Assembly: GCA_048270185.1 (NCBI GenBank)
Contig: JBLWTJ010000002.1
Span: 562,443 to 626,442 of the forward strand
Length of the DNA stretch: 64,000 bases
Direction of reading: 5' to 3'
Source of the DNA: Bacteriovoracaceae bacterium
Lineage (GTDB): Bacteria; Bdellovibrionota; Bacteriovoracia; Bacteriovoracales; Bacteriovoracaceae
The notes under the pieces were generated by a model. The model was not told the DNA's origin. It searched no databases and worked only from the letters and a program-made list of their open reading frames with translations. Shown piece after piece: positions 28,738 to 38,886 of this stretch (position 1 is its first letter; each line of letters starts with the position of its first letter). The translations under genes and the position numbers were made by a program.

Positions 28738-31043
28738 TATCTCACCTCACCTTTTGCACAAACAGGATTTGCAACACAAAATGAACAAACAGAAGTTGAA
28801 CTTGGAAGGGCCGGCCAAGATACTGCCTCTTTCATCTCTTTTATTTTATCCTCTATAAACTCACCAAATTCATCCATATCAACGGATTCAATCATTTTTG
28901 ACTTTGAATGATATCCCGTAAAAAACTTATCTTCACCAATGATCATTGATTCGTTTAAGTCTTCCAAACAAATATATCCTCCACCTTTGAAAGTATGTTT
29001 TTGTCCCCAAGCTTTAAAATATGCCAAAAGCTGAATTTTCTTAAAGCTTGTGATATCCGATTTACTAGGAATAGCACCTTTTGATGTTTTAAAGTCGTAG
29101 ATATAGAAATCATTACCCTGTTTGATGAGTAAATCGATAAAACCTTTAAACTTGTCATTTTCTTTTGAAATATCTCTTTCAAAAATAAGTTGAGTATCAG
29201 GCATGGCCTTAACAACTAACAACTGTTTAATAATTCTTTTACAATACGACTCTACTGCAAGCTTTAAACTCTCCACATCTATTTTTTCAGGATGGAGAGA
29301 GTTATCTTTTACAAATTGATTGAAAGTTAGAGTAATAAGTTCTTTTAAGATTTTCTCGTTAAACTCATGATGATTCTCAAGATAGGCTTCAATTACGTTG
29401 TGATTGACTGTACCAATATAGCGACGATCAATGAAAGCAGATGATGAAACATCTAGGTCGACTCTTTGAGCATATTTTAGCTGCCACTTCTTAGGGCAAT
29501 CCATATAGGTTTGGATATATGATGGGGAAAGCTTCTCCGGTACTTCTGTTTTATCTAAGTATTCTAATTGGAAATTCAATCGACTCTGTGATTCTAAGTG
29601 TTCATCGATCAAATGAATTTTCTCAAAAAGGGTCTCTGCAATTGTACTACCGTGAGTTAGACCTTCTTCAAGAATAAGCTTTCCACCGTCGACAATAAAT
29701 TTTCTCAGCTGAATTCTTAAACTTACAATATCGAGATTCTTAGTCTGTAGTGGACCAAAGCCACTAAAGATCACAAGTACATCATTAGAGAAACGCTGTG
29801 AAGAAGTTAGTGATCCAAGATCATCCTTTGTAATAAAGAGATATGTATCTTCATTATGAGAACTAATTAGTAGATCATCTCGTGTGCCAATTGCTCCCTT
29901 ATCAGAGTGAGCAATGTTGACAACGGATGTTCTTGGTAAGTTTAATCCTAGAACTTCTTTAATAAGCTTTAAATCTGAGTTATAGATCTGCTCGTTAATG
30001 GTCGCCTTATCACTGAAGTCTTTTAATTCTTTCTTAAGTGATAGAATAGTCTTTAACATCATAAAGCCAGTATCATTTAAATAGAGACGAGAAAGATCAT
30101 TTAAATATTCTTGCAACTTATCAACAGAGAGTACCCCTTGATTCAAGTTGAGCTGTTCTTGAACTTTATTAATAACTTGATCAATACAAGTAAAGAAGAG
30201 CGCGAAGTCAGTTTTAAATCTCTTATCTCGAATAAGAACAGAGTTTACCTGTGTTAAATCCAGTCCACTTGAAAAAGTTAATAATTGCTTGTCATCAGTA
30301 ATGAGGTCACTTAAGTATTCAGCACTTCGCCCCTGAGGGATTGATAAAAATCGACACTCAATAGTATTGACTTCCTCACTAAATTTTATCTTCTGTGTCT
30401 CAATCCAATTTGGCCAATAGACTTTATTATCACAAAGAGCAAAGACCTCTGCATTAATAGGTACGAAGACTTCTGCCTTCTCCCCCATTCCTTTTAGCAT
30501 ATCGATTTGATTTGCGTTGAGATGGTCAAAACCAATAAAAATATATCCAATACCTTCTTCAGGTCTAAATTGTTCACCAACTAGTTGATATGATTTTTGT
30601 TCGTCAACGATATTGAAAGTATCGAGGTAGCGATGAAATTGCATCAGTCCTGCAATACACTCTTTTTCAAGAGTTTTTAATTCAGTTAACTCTTCAATTA
30701 GTTCACCTGTTAAATTAAATGAGCGCACTTCAGTAAATAACTCAAAACAGAAATGAAACTTCTCGTAATCATCATTTACTGATGCTTTCCAAAAAGTCCA
30801 AAGATCAACCATGAGTTCAGATTTTGATAATTTCTTTTGTCCCTCTTCAAGAGTCAAATGATCAGAAAGGAATTTTGCGACAGTTATGGCCTCCACTTTA
30901 TTGGCCAGGCCTTTCTTAATTAAATAATTACGATACAAGTCAGAGCGTTGCGGTGAAGGACAAACAATCTTCCACCTAGCTATCTTATGGTTTTCTAATA
31001 TGACTTCATCAAAATGTTCTTTATATAAGTGGAGATTTAGCAC
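28737..31043 (-). CDS. addB: AddB-like PD-(D/E)xK nuclease subunit with an Fe-S-type Cys set
   Basis: LSPSYIQTYMDCP, GFID, DFKTS, QLLAY, CSFCVANPVC; translationally coupled to addA. Confidence 0.82.
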   Translation of the reverse strand: MLNLHLYKEHFDEVILENHKIARWKIVCPSPQRSDLYRNYLIKKGLANKVEAITVAKFLSDHLTLEEGQKKLSKSELMVDLWTFWKASVNDDYEKFHFCFELFTEVRSFNLTGELIEELTELKTLEKECIAGLMQFHRYLDTFNIVDEQKSYQLVGEQFRPEEGIGYIFIGFDHLNANQIDMLKGMGEKAEVFVPINAEVFALCDNKVYWPNWIETQKIKFSEEVNTIECRFLSIPQGRSAEYLSDLITDDKQLLTFSSGLDLTQVNSVLIRDKRFKTDFALFFTCIDQVINKVQEQLNLNQGVLSVDKLQEYLNDLSRLYLNDTGFMMLKTILSLKKELKDFSDKATINEQIYNSDLKLIKEVLGLNLPRTSVVNIAHSDKGAIGTRDDLLISSHNEDTYLFITKDDLGSLTSSQRFSNDVLVIFSGFGPLQTKNLDIVSLRIQLRKFIVDGGKLILEEGLTHGSTIAETLFEKIHLIDEHLESQSRLNFQLEYLDKTEVPEKLSPSYIQTYMDCPKKWQLKYAQRVDLDVSSSAFIDRRYIGTVNHNVIEAYLENHHEFNEKILKELITLTFNQFVKDNSLHPEKIDVESLKLAVESYCKRIIKQLLVVKAMPDTQLIFERDISKENDKFKGFIDLLIKQGNDFYIYDFKTSKGAIPSKSDITSFKKIQLLAYFKAWGQKHTFKGGGYICLEDLNESMIIGEDKFFTGYHSKSKMIESVDMDEFGEFIEDKIKEMKEAVSWPALPSSTSVCSFCVANPVCAKGEVR

Positions 31044-31115
31044 TAAACATTACCCTTTTTAATGACACCTTATGCAAAAAAAGTTATACAAAGTGTCTAC
31101 AAGGAGAATTTTACT

Positions 31116-31964
31116 GTGTTAAAAGAAAGTCGTCTATTCAACTTCATTAATAAAGATAAAACATTCGCCCTCTCATTCTTAGAAGGTCAAAAAGTAATTC
31201 ATGATCTAGCGATAATTCACAGTGTCAACAATAAGGGATTTGGATTCTTTAGAGATTGCACACTTTCGATTCTTCCTCTTGTGAACTTCCTAAAGCCTCA
31301 AGAGAATATGGGGATTTTCATAGACTCACAAGAGCCTTATTTCCGTTACAAGATGGAAATGAACTCCGCAGGATATTTTAGAACTCTTATTCTTCCAGAA
31401 GAATTCCCAGAAATTCCAAAAAAGATTTCAGGAAACCTAAGAACAGCTAAGCAATTTCCACACAGCAAGGTTCCATACTCAAGTATTATCGAGGTGAAGA
31501 ATCGCTCGATTAAAGAGATTGTAAATGACTTCTTCGATAAGTCATATCAGATGAAGTCTCAAGTTATCCTAAGTTCAGAAAGTGACCAAGTAGTTCTTGT
31601 GACAAAGCTTCCAGAAGTTAATGTTGATAAAGAAGAAGTGATTGAGTCAAAGAGTCTTCCTGATTTCATAAGTGAAAACGAAGAAGCCTTTGATAAGATT
31701 TTCTCAGCAGCTCACAACGAAGAGGCCGATATTCAAAAAGCCTTTAAAGAGCTTGGCTACGACTATCTGACTTCAACTGAAGTTTCATTCAAGTGTAACT
31801 GCTCAAGAGACCGCATGGTTATGGGTGTTGCCGGTGTAGTCAAATCAAGTGGATTCGATGATATCTTTCATGACGAAGCTTCAATAGAAACAAAGTGTGA
31901 CTACTGTAAGACAGCATACTTAATAACGAGAGATGAAATAAAAGGTATTTTAAACCCTCAATAA
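31116..31964 (+). CDS. hslO: Hsp33 redox-regulated chaperone
   Basis: FKCNCSRDR...CDYC zinc motif; start reassigned to the GTG at 31116 (SD aaggag). Confidence 0.88.
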   Translation: MLKESRLFNFINKDKTFALSFLEGQKVIHDLAIIHSVNNKGFGFFRDCTLSILPLVNFLKPQENMGIFIDSQEPYFRYKMEMNSAGYFRTLILPEEFPEIPKKISGNLRTAKQFPHSKVPYSSIIEVKNRSIKEIVNDFFDKSYQMKSQVILSSESDQVVLVTKLPEVNVDKEEVIESKSLPDFISENEEAFDKIFSAAHNEEADIQKAFKELGYDYLTSTEVSFKCNCSRDRMVMGVAGVVKSSGFDDIFHDEASIETKCDYCKTAYLITRDEIKGILNPQ

Positions 31965-31967
31965 ATT

Positions 31968-32960
31968 CTAAAAAGGAAAAGTCGTTTCTTCTGATCTCCA
32001 GAAGAAGCGGCGATTCAAATCAGATTCTAAATATACTCCACAAAAATTTTCAGACAATGCACCATCGGCCCAAACAGGACTCATCAGTTGGCTTTTATTA
32101 TTTGCAGCAACTGAAATTTTCTTCCATTTCTTATTGATTTTCATCCAATCAATTGCCTTTGGAGATGCCGAACTAACAACAATTAAGTAATCGTTATTTT
32201 GTTCTATTGTCTTTCTAACTTGCGTAAGAAATGAATTCAGATATGACATATATTCAGCAAATCCTTTTGTATCTTGTCTCTTTAGAATATCTAATAATTC
32301 ATAATCGACAAAATTAATGAAGCGTCGATTTGATTCTGTTGAAGACTTGTAGATGTGCTCAAATAAATTCGTTGTATTTGAAAAGCATTTCTTACCACTA
32401 CACGATTTATCATAGTACACATTTCCTAAATTATATTTAGTGTCCTTTTGAAAATGAAATGTCTCAGCTCCACGTGGCACCTTTGCCGTATCTGAAACAA
32501 ATAGTTTAGTATTTTGATAGAAATTAGCATTACACTTATTGATTTTAGCAAAATTAGGAACTGCCCCTCGGTAGAGTACCGAAGAAGTATAGCCAGTCTC
32601 AGATAGAACATCCCACATGCTCTTTCTTAAATACTTATCACAAGTTTGATTAGCCAAACTATAACCATTCACTTGTGTTAGTAATTGATCCTCAACACTA
32701 GGGGTAATGGACATCATATTATACGACCACATCTTACCAAAGCAGGCATACCTTTCAAGCTCAGTCTGAGCAGTATAATTGAGGTTTTTAAAGTGTAGGT
32801 AACCTAAGTGCTCCTCACTTAAGCCAGGTATTTGGATAAAAATTAATGTCTGAGGATAGTTGTTAAATGAATGTTTCTTTAAGTTAATTGTATTAACTCT
32901 TGAACAAGAAAAAAAAATACCGAGAAGTATTACAAATATTAAGTTTTTTTTATCGTACAT
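31968..32960 (-). CDS. Hypothetical lipoprotein, possibly degenerate alkaline-phosphatase-like fold
   Basis: Lipobox FFSC; LIFIQIPGL, LIVVSS, PVWADG..S..F.G.Y resemble AlkP scaffold segments. Confidence 0.5.
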   Translation of the reverse strand: MYDKKNLIFVILLGIFFSCSRVNTINLKKHSFNNYPQTLIFIQIPGLSEEHLGYLHFKNLNYTAQTELERYACFGKMWSYNMMSITPSVEDQLLTQVNGYSLANQTCDKYLRKSMWDVLSETGYTSSVLYRGAVPNFAKINKCNANFYQNTKLFVSDTAKVPRGAETFHFQKDTKYNLGNVYYDKSCSGKKCFSNTTNLFEHIYKSSTESNRRFINFVDYELLDILKRQDTKGFAEYMSYLNSFLTQVRKTIEQNNDYLIVVSSASPKAIDWMKINKKWKKISVAANNKSQLMSPVWADGALSENFCGVYLESDLNRRFFWRSEETTFPF

Positions 32961-33065
32961 AATAATTTCCGACTCATTAAATAGGGATTCTTATGCTATA
33001 TTATCATATATATAAGATTGAATTTAAAAATAATATTTACGTTTTAAAAAGAAGCGAGGGAAGAA

Positions 33066-35096
33066 ATGAATCAAACTCTTGATGCCGCTACGCGAGAAAT
33101 ATTTTGGAATATTCCATTCTCGTTCAAGGTTGTCATGTACATCCTATTTTTCACGGCCGTTTTCGTGATGTTTAAAGGGCTTTATCAAAAAGCTCAATTC
33201 ATTACAGGCAAAAAAGGGATCGACGCAGTTAAAGGACTAAAGGATCTTTTCCCAGAGAAACTACAATGGGGAACATTCTTTAAGACAATGATGCTAACAG
33301 GTAAAGTACCACGTTTTAAAAATGTTGCGATCTTCCACGGACTAATCTTTTGGGGATTCGTCATCCTTTGGATTGCAACAGACCTAGTAGCAATTCACGC
33401 AGATACTCCATTTAAGATTTATAAAGGACCTGTTTATATTGTTATCTCTTTCTTAGCAGATATCGCAGGACTTATGGTTCTTACAGGTATCGGACTTGCT
33501 TACAAAAGAAGATATATTGATAAGCCTGATTATCTAAAAGCAACAAGACCAAAACAAGAGTTATTCATGTACATAATGCTCATCTGTCTCGTTGTTCTAG
33601 GTTACTTAATTGAGGGTGTAAGAATCATGGGAACAGGAATGCCAGTTGGAGAAGCAACTTGGTCACCTGTTGGTTGGTTCCTAGCTACAATCTTTAATCA
33701 AATTCCACTTTCAGAACAAGTTTGGGGATACACATACCGTGGTATGTGGATGGTTCACATGGCCAATACAATGTTATTTGTAGCAGCTTGTGGGACAACT
33801 AAATTCTCACATATCTTTGTTCTTCCATTTGCAGCGCTTGTTACGCCAAAGAGACGTGGTGCTCTTCTTGATCCAATGGACTTTGAAGATGAAACTGCTG
33901 AAACATTTGGACTAGGTAAGCTTTCAGAGCTTTCAATTAAGAACAGACTTGATCTTCTTGCATGTGTTGAGTGTGGACGTTGTACTCAAGTTTGTCCTGC
34001 AAACCAAGCAGCAAGACCACTAGATCCAAAAATGATTATTACAAAAGCTCGTGACCTTGCTCTTGAAACAGCAGCAAAGGGTGAAGCAGATGCAGACCTT
34101 TGGGAAAATGGAATTTACTCTGCAATCGAACTTGATTCATGTACGACTTGTGGTGCTTGTATGGAAGAGTGTCCAGCTAATATTGAGCACGTTGATATCA
34201 TCATGGGAGCTAAGAGATATAAGACTCTAACTCTTGGTGAAATTCCAGCAGACGCAGCAACAGCTGTTCAAAAAGTACAAATTAATGGAAACCCTTGGGG
34301 GATCTCACAAGACGATCGTTTCAAGTGGGCCGATGGACTTGATGTTCCAGTGATCGAAGCTGGTAAGAAAGTTGATTACTTATACTACGTTGGTTGTGCC
34401 GGTTCTTATGATGCTTCTAACCAAAAAGTTGTTCAAGATACTGTTAAGCTTCTTAAGAAAGCAGGTGTATCTTTTGCCGTTATGGGTAAAACAGAAAAAT
34501 GTAACGGAGATCCAATCAGACGTATTGGTGATGAGTACTCTTTCTTTGAAATTGCCATTGAAAATATTGCTAATATGAGACAGTACGACTTTGATAAAGT
34601 TGTAACTCACTGTCCACACTGTCTTCACACAATTGGTAAGGAATACGCTAAGTTTGATGATGGTGACTTTACAACAGTTCACCACACTGAACTTCTTGCA
34701 GATCTTCTACGCACAGGAAAACTAAAACCTGAAAAGAAAGTTGAAGAGAACCTTACTTTCCACGATCCTTGCTACCTTGGACGTCACCACGGTGAATACA
34801 ACGCGCCAAGACAAATTCTTGAAGCGGCCGGTGTTCAAGTGAAAGAAATGGATAAGACAAAAGACACTGCTCTATGCTGCGGAATGGGTGGTGGTAATAT
34901 GTGGTATGAAGTTGAAGAAGGAACTGATCCTGCAGTAAACAGACTTGCACATGTTGGTGAAAAGAAAGTTGATAAATTAGCTACGGCCTGCTCTTTCTGT
35001 ATGATAAACTTTAAAGGTGGAATTAGCGAAAAGACAGGTACTGAAAACCTTGAGATTGAGGACGTTGCCTCAATCCTTGCAAAAACTATCGATTAA
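33066..35096 (+). CDS. Membrane Fe-S oxidoreductase, FadF/HdrD-like (TM domain, two 4Fe-4S, CCG domains)
   Basis: CVECGRCTQVCP, CTTCGACMEECP, YVGC, CPHC, FHDPCYLGRH, CCGMGGG, ACSFC. Confidence 0.9.
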   Translation: MNQTLDAATREIFWNIPFSFKVVMYILFFTAVFVMFKGLYQKAQFITGKKGIDAVKGLKDLFPEKLQWGTFFKTMMLTGKVPRFKNVAIFHGLIFWGFVILWIATDLVAIHADTPFKIYKGPVYIVISFLADIAGLMVLTGIGLAYKRRYIDKPDYLKATRPKQELFMYIMLICLVVLGYLIEGVRIMGTGMPVGEATWSPVGWFLATIFNQIPLSEQVWGYTYRGMWMVHMANTMLFVAACGTTKFSHIFVLPFAALVTPKRRGALLDPMDFEDETAETFGLGKLSELSIKNRLDLLACVECGRCTQVCPANQAARPLDPKMIITKARDLALETAAKGEADADLWENGIYSAIELDSCTTCGACMEECPANIEHVDIIMGAKRYKTLTLGEIPADAATAVQKVQINGNPWGISQDDRFKWADGLDVPVIEAGKKVDYLYYVGCAGSYDASNQKVVQDTVKLLKKAGVSFAVMGKTEKCNGDPIRRIGDEYSFFEIAIENIANMRQYDFDKVVTHCPHCLHTIGKEYAKFDDGDFTTVHHTELLADLLRTGKLKPEKKVEENLTFHDPCYLGRHHGEYNAPRQILEAAGVQVKEMDKTKDTALCCGMGGGNMWYEVEEGTDPAVNRLAHVGEKKVDKLATACSFCMINFKGGISEKTGTENLEIEDVASILAKTID

Positions 35097-37005
35097 ATTT
35101 TTAATACTAGGCTCAGTTCTAGCTGGGCCTAGCTTATATTCTTCTAAAATACTCGCTCAAAACACTCAAGAACAAGTAGATCAAAGCTTAATTGAATTAT
35201 TTGAAAGTAAAGTTAATCTCTATAAGCAAGAAATTGAATCGAAAATCTTAAACCCGCCTGCAGAAATAAAAATCAAACAAGTTTTTAAAGAAGAAGAAAA
35301 GATTGAATTAACTTCAAGACAAATAAACTCAATCTTAATTTACTCACCTGATTATTTTACTGAATTATTTAAGATAAACTCTTGTTCGATCTATACACTA
35401 CTTAAAAATCGTTTAATCACAATTAACGGCGCACCTCTTCTAAATCTTGAAACGAAGATAACCTCAAGTGAAGGCACATCAACGGCCCTTGTGCCAATCG
35501 ATGCATTCTTGGCGCATTATTATAAATCAAATTGTAGGCTCTCTTTTAAGCAGTCGAGGCTTTTTGAAAAAGGGCTACTTACTGATACATTTAAAAAGCT
35601 AACGCCAAAGTTCCCAAGGACTCAAGACCAGTGTCTTGAGCAATATGATGCTTTTAAAACCAATATTAACATTGATCACGTTTGTAGCGTTCCATTTACA
35701 ATTGACCTTGCTAATAAGTACGAACCGTTATTAAAAGATAATAAGACTGATATCAGAAAAAGAAGTTATATCAATGCCCTAAGACGTCAGGCCCAGTCAT
35801 ACCAATCAGAGATTGCAGACAAAGACATCCTCTACTTTCAAAATTTCTGTGCCAACCTAAGTCGACAAGAAAAATTTTGTGGAAATTATGCTAAACAAGA
35901 CTTTTGGTCATTGATTATCAACAAACAAAAGCCTGTCGATCATTTAAGTATTCGCTGCCAAAACATAATGAATAAAGAGAAACTAAATGATCTCGACTAT
36001 CTTAAATGTATTGGCCTACTTAGAAAGTCACCTCAAACGTGTGAAGTAAATGGGCCTAAAACAGGAAGTGTCCTCTACCCGATGCCTGATTGTAATAAAA
36101 TTTCAGAGACATTAAAGATCTCAAGACTTAAGAATAATTTCAATGACTGTCCTAAACAGATTGGAAACCTTGCAATTATCAATGGGGCAAGGGTCATCAA
36201 GCATTTTGTAAAAGAAGATATTAAAAGTAATGACTGCGTCTTTCCTTCATATGAAAAAATTTATGGACTCTATCAAGAGTCGAAAGAAGAAGATAAGTGG
36301 CCTTTAAATATTTGCTATGAATCTTCAGATGGTAAGAAGTGCCTTCCATATATTCCAGGCAACTCAAAAGAAAATTACAATGCCCTTAATATGGTTGTTG
36401 CCAATATGCTCTTTCAAACAAAGGTTGTTAGTAGTCGTATTACATGTAATGAAGTTTCGAAGAAAGAGTTTAATCCTTTAAGATTAAAGTACAAAGCCGG
36501 CTGCTGGATCGTTCCAGAAGAGGTCTCTTGTCGTTCTCAAAGTTGTCGCTACGACATTATGATGGATAATAAGGCCATCAAGAAGATTTGGAGTGAAGGA
36601 ACACTATCATTTGATTATTTTAAAACTGAATACAATTCAGCTGATACCGCTATTCACAACCGTATCGTTAACCTTATGCGATTAAAAGAACAAGAGATTA
36701 ACTCTCTGACCTCACTTAAGTTCTTCTTAGATAATAAGAAGGAAGGAATTGTTCACGGGCTTGGCTGCGCTGAAGACATCTACCCTGCTCATTATCAACA
36801 ATCAAGAATTGGTATTTGTACCCCAATGCCTTTTATTATTGATGGTTATAAAATTATTAATAATAATACTTACTTAAGCTTTAGAGGTGCTATTGATGAT
36901 GTCAATTCACCAAGGCTTATGCTTTGGGCGAATGCCTTTACAGCACTATCACGCTATTCAATTCTTAGCCCTTTAAAAAACTGGGAGCTCTATGGGTTGT
37001 ATTAA
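35065..37005 (+). CDS. Exported Cys-rich hypothetical protein (start uncertain: TTG at 35065 or 35077)
   Basis: Long ORF with a signal-like segment ending ILA-Q and many Cys; 5' end overlaps the upstream gene. Confidence 0.7.
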   Translation: MPQSLQKLSIKFLILGSVLAGPSLYSSKILAQNTQEQVDQSLIELFESKVNLYKQEIESKILNPPAEIKIKQVFKEEEKIELTSRQINSILIYSPDYFTELFKINSCSIYTLLKNRLITINGAPLLNLETKITSSEGTSTALVPIDAFLAHYYKSNCRLSFKQSRLFEKGLLTDTFKKLTPKFPRTQDQCLEQYDAFKTNINIDHVCSVPFTIDLANKYEPLLKDNKTDIRKRSYINALRRQAQSYQSEIADKDILYFQNFCANLSRQEKFCGNYAKQDFWSLIINKQKPVDHLSIRCQNIMNKEKLNDLDYLKCIGLLRKSPQTCEVNGPKTGSVLYPMPDCNKISETLKISRLKNNFNDCPKQIGNLAIINGARVIKHFVKEDIKSNDCVFPSYEKIYGLYQESKEEDKWPLNICYESSDGKKCLPYIPGNSKENYNALNMVVANMLFQTKVVSSRITCNEVSKKEFNPLRLKYKAGCWIVPEEVSCRSQSCRYDIMMDNKAIKKIWSEGTLSFDYFKTEYNSADTAIHNRIVNLMRLKEQEINSLTSLKFFLDNKKEGIVHGLGCAEDIYPAHYQQSRIGICTPMPFIIDGYKIINNNTYLSFRGAIDDVNSPRLMLWANAFTALSRYSILSPLKNWELYGLY

Positions 37006-38035
37006 AATATTGGCGATTTTACTTATTGCTTCAACAAGCTTTGCGCGAACAAAGCTCTTAGAATTATCAACAAGACAAAATGTCCATAACCTAAAGCTTG
37101 ATGACTTGAATGGTGTTACCTTTTATTTAAAAGGTTCAAGTGCACTAGCCTACTCTGCCAAAAACAAGGCGACAGTTATTATTGATAAGAAACTTGATTC
37201 TGAATTTGATGTCGTAAAAATAAACGAAGAAAAATATCTCATTAGTGTGAAGAGTAACCACTACAAGAACTTTTCGTTTATTCAAGATTCAGAGATTTAC
37301 TTCTACAATATTAAAACAAGTAATTTAGAATTAGTTGGAAAAGGCTCTTATCCGAAGTTTCATCCAACGAGCTCTTATATTTCTTATACATTCGAAGATC
37401 GTGGCCTTCTATTTATTGAAGTCGTTAATACCAGAAACATACTCGATCGTTTTACAATTCCACTCAAAACAAGAGATTTAACCCTACGAAGTGAAGTTGA
37501 AATTTTTGATGACAGTCTCATCTACTACACTGACAAAGACAAGAACTTCAATATTAGTATAAGTGTCTACAATAATCGTTCAAAGAAGAATTACCTAATC
37601 AAGCAATACGATAAATCTAACATTACACTCAGTCTTTGCTCTAATAGTGAAAACCTCTATATTCTTGAATCACTGCAAAGTGATAAGTCTTATTTAGATA
37701 TTTCTTCCATGAAGAGAGGTGGCGTCGATTATGCAAATAAGACACCTCTTGTTTCAAAGCAAATTGGCCCAGCCTTTAATCTCGGAATTAGTGGAGATGA
37801 ACTCTTCTTTATTATGACACTTAAGAGTGAGAGTTCTAACCTTATTAACCAAAGAGAAGTTGTCGCTTATAATATGAAAGAGAAGAAATTATTTAAGCGT
37901 AGTGATTTGAATTACGTTTCCTCATTTGTTTTTCATAATGATAAAATTCTTGTTCCCTACAAGGACAAGATCTACGTTCTTAGAAATAAAGAGGGCAAGT
38001 TTTCAATTAATGAGGAAATAAAGACAAATTTATGA
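36992..38035 (+). CDS. Exported hypothetical protein, possibly beta-propeller
   Basis: Signal peptide (SFA-R), repeated short beta-strands, TolB-like GSYPKFHPTSSYISY. Confidence 0.65.
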   Translation: MGCIKILAILLIASTSFARTKLLELSTRQNVHNLKLDDLNGVTFYLKGSSALAYSAKNKATVIIDKKLDSEFDVVKINEEKYLISVKSNHYKNFSFIQDSEIYFYNIKTSNLELVGKGSYPKFHPTSSYISYTFEDRGLLFIEVVNTRNILDRFTIPLKTRDLTLRSEVEIFDDSLIYYTDKDKNFNISISVYNNRSKKNYLIKQYDKSNITLSLCSNSENLYILESLQSDKSYLDISSMKRGGVDYANKTPLVSKQIGPAFNLGISGDELFFIMTLKSESSNLINQREVVAYNMKEKKLFKRSDLNYVSSFVFHNDKILVPYKDKIYVLRNKEGKFSINEEIKTNL

Positions 38036-38787
38036 AATATCTAATTAGTATTCTCATATTTTTAACTACTTTTGCATCTGAACCACAACGAGATGAATTG
38101 ACCATTGCACCAAATGTTTCTCCTCTACTTAGAGAGCTTGTCGTTGAACTTTATTTAAACTCTAAAATTAATCAAGAATATATTACTAATTTTGGGAAAC
38201 AAGTCAGACCACCACTTGATAATGACTTCATTGAAATTACAATTCTAAATAATGTTTTAAAAATGAAGCTTACGAAACAATATGAGCATGTCGATATTTC
38301 ACAATCACTTTTTAATGAACTTCAAAAGAATATTAATGAAATCAGTGACAAGATGCCTTTTTCAAAAGATATCGCACGTCGTGTTTTAAAAGATATTGGA
38401 GAGCTTCTTACAACGAGAACTCTTAGAGAATACAACACATACGTTAAAAATCGTGACGCTAAAGTTTCAGCTAAGCTTAAAGACTTTATGAATCGTATTA
38501 CTTATCTTCAGTATTGGATTGATACTCTAAGAAAGCCACAGGCAATTCGAGAGATGACACTTCTTGAATCAAATCTTGAAATCTTAAACCAAGTTTATAA
38601 GAACTTAACTATATCGGCACGTACGGCAGATAAAAGCACAAAAATTTCTTATATCTCAATCAAGGATGTGGACCTCATCAAGGCCCGCCAAGAAGTTGAT
38701 AAATTATTCTTTAATTCAACACCTGAAAAGAATCCCGATTACGAGCCTCCAAAGGATCTTCCTAGGCCCGTCGACACTTGGGAATAG
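38032..38787 (+). CDS. Exported helical hypothetical protein
   Basis: Signal peptide (TFA-S), Pro-rich C-terminus. Confidence 0.7.
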   Translation: MKYLISILIFLTTFASEPQRDELTIAPNVSPLLRELVVELYLNSKINQEYITNFGKQVRPPLDNDFIEITILNNVLKMKLTKQYEHVDISQSLFNELQKNINEISDKMPFSKDIARRVLKDIGELLTTRTLREYNTYVKNRDAKVSAKLKDFMNRITYLQYWIDTLRKPQAIREMTLLESNLEILNQVYKNLTISARTADKSTKISYISIKDVDLIKARQEVDKLFFNSTPEKNPDYEPPKDLPRPVDTWE

Positions 38788-38886
38788 GTAGAAATTTCAA
38801 ATACTTACAAAGGTATTTTTCAAAGCAAAAACGTGTATCATGTGATATATAATTTCAGATAGTTAAACCGAAAAAAGGAAGAATTT

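Noticed and set aside
28737..29530. Cas4-like Fe-S nuclease domain as a sign of CRISPR
   Set aside because: It is the C-terminus of AddB coupled to a UvrD helicase; no cas1/cas2 or repeat array seen
32909..32951. A9 and T-run homopolymers in the lipoprotein 5' end as phase-variation tracts
   Set aside because: Expected by chance in AT-rich DNA; the reading frame is intact
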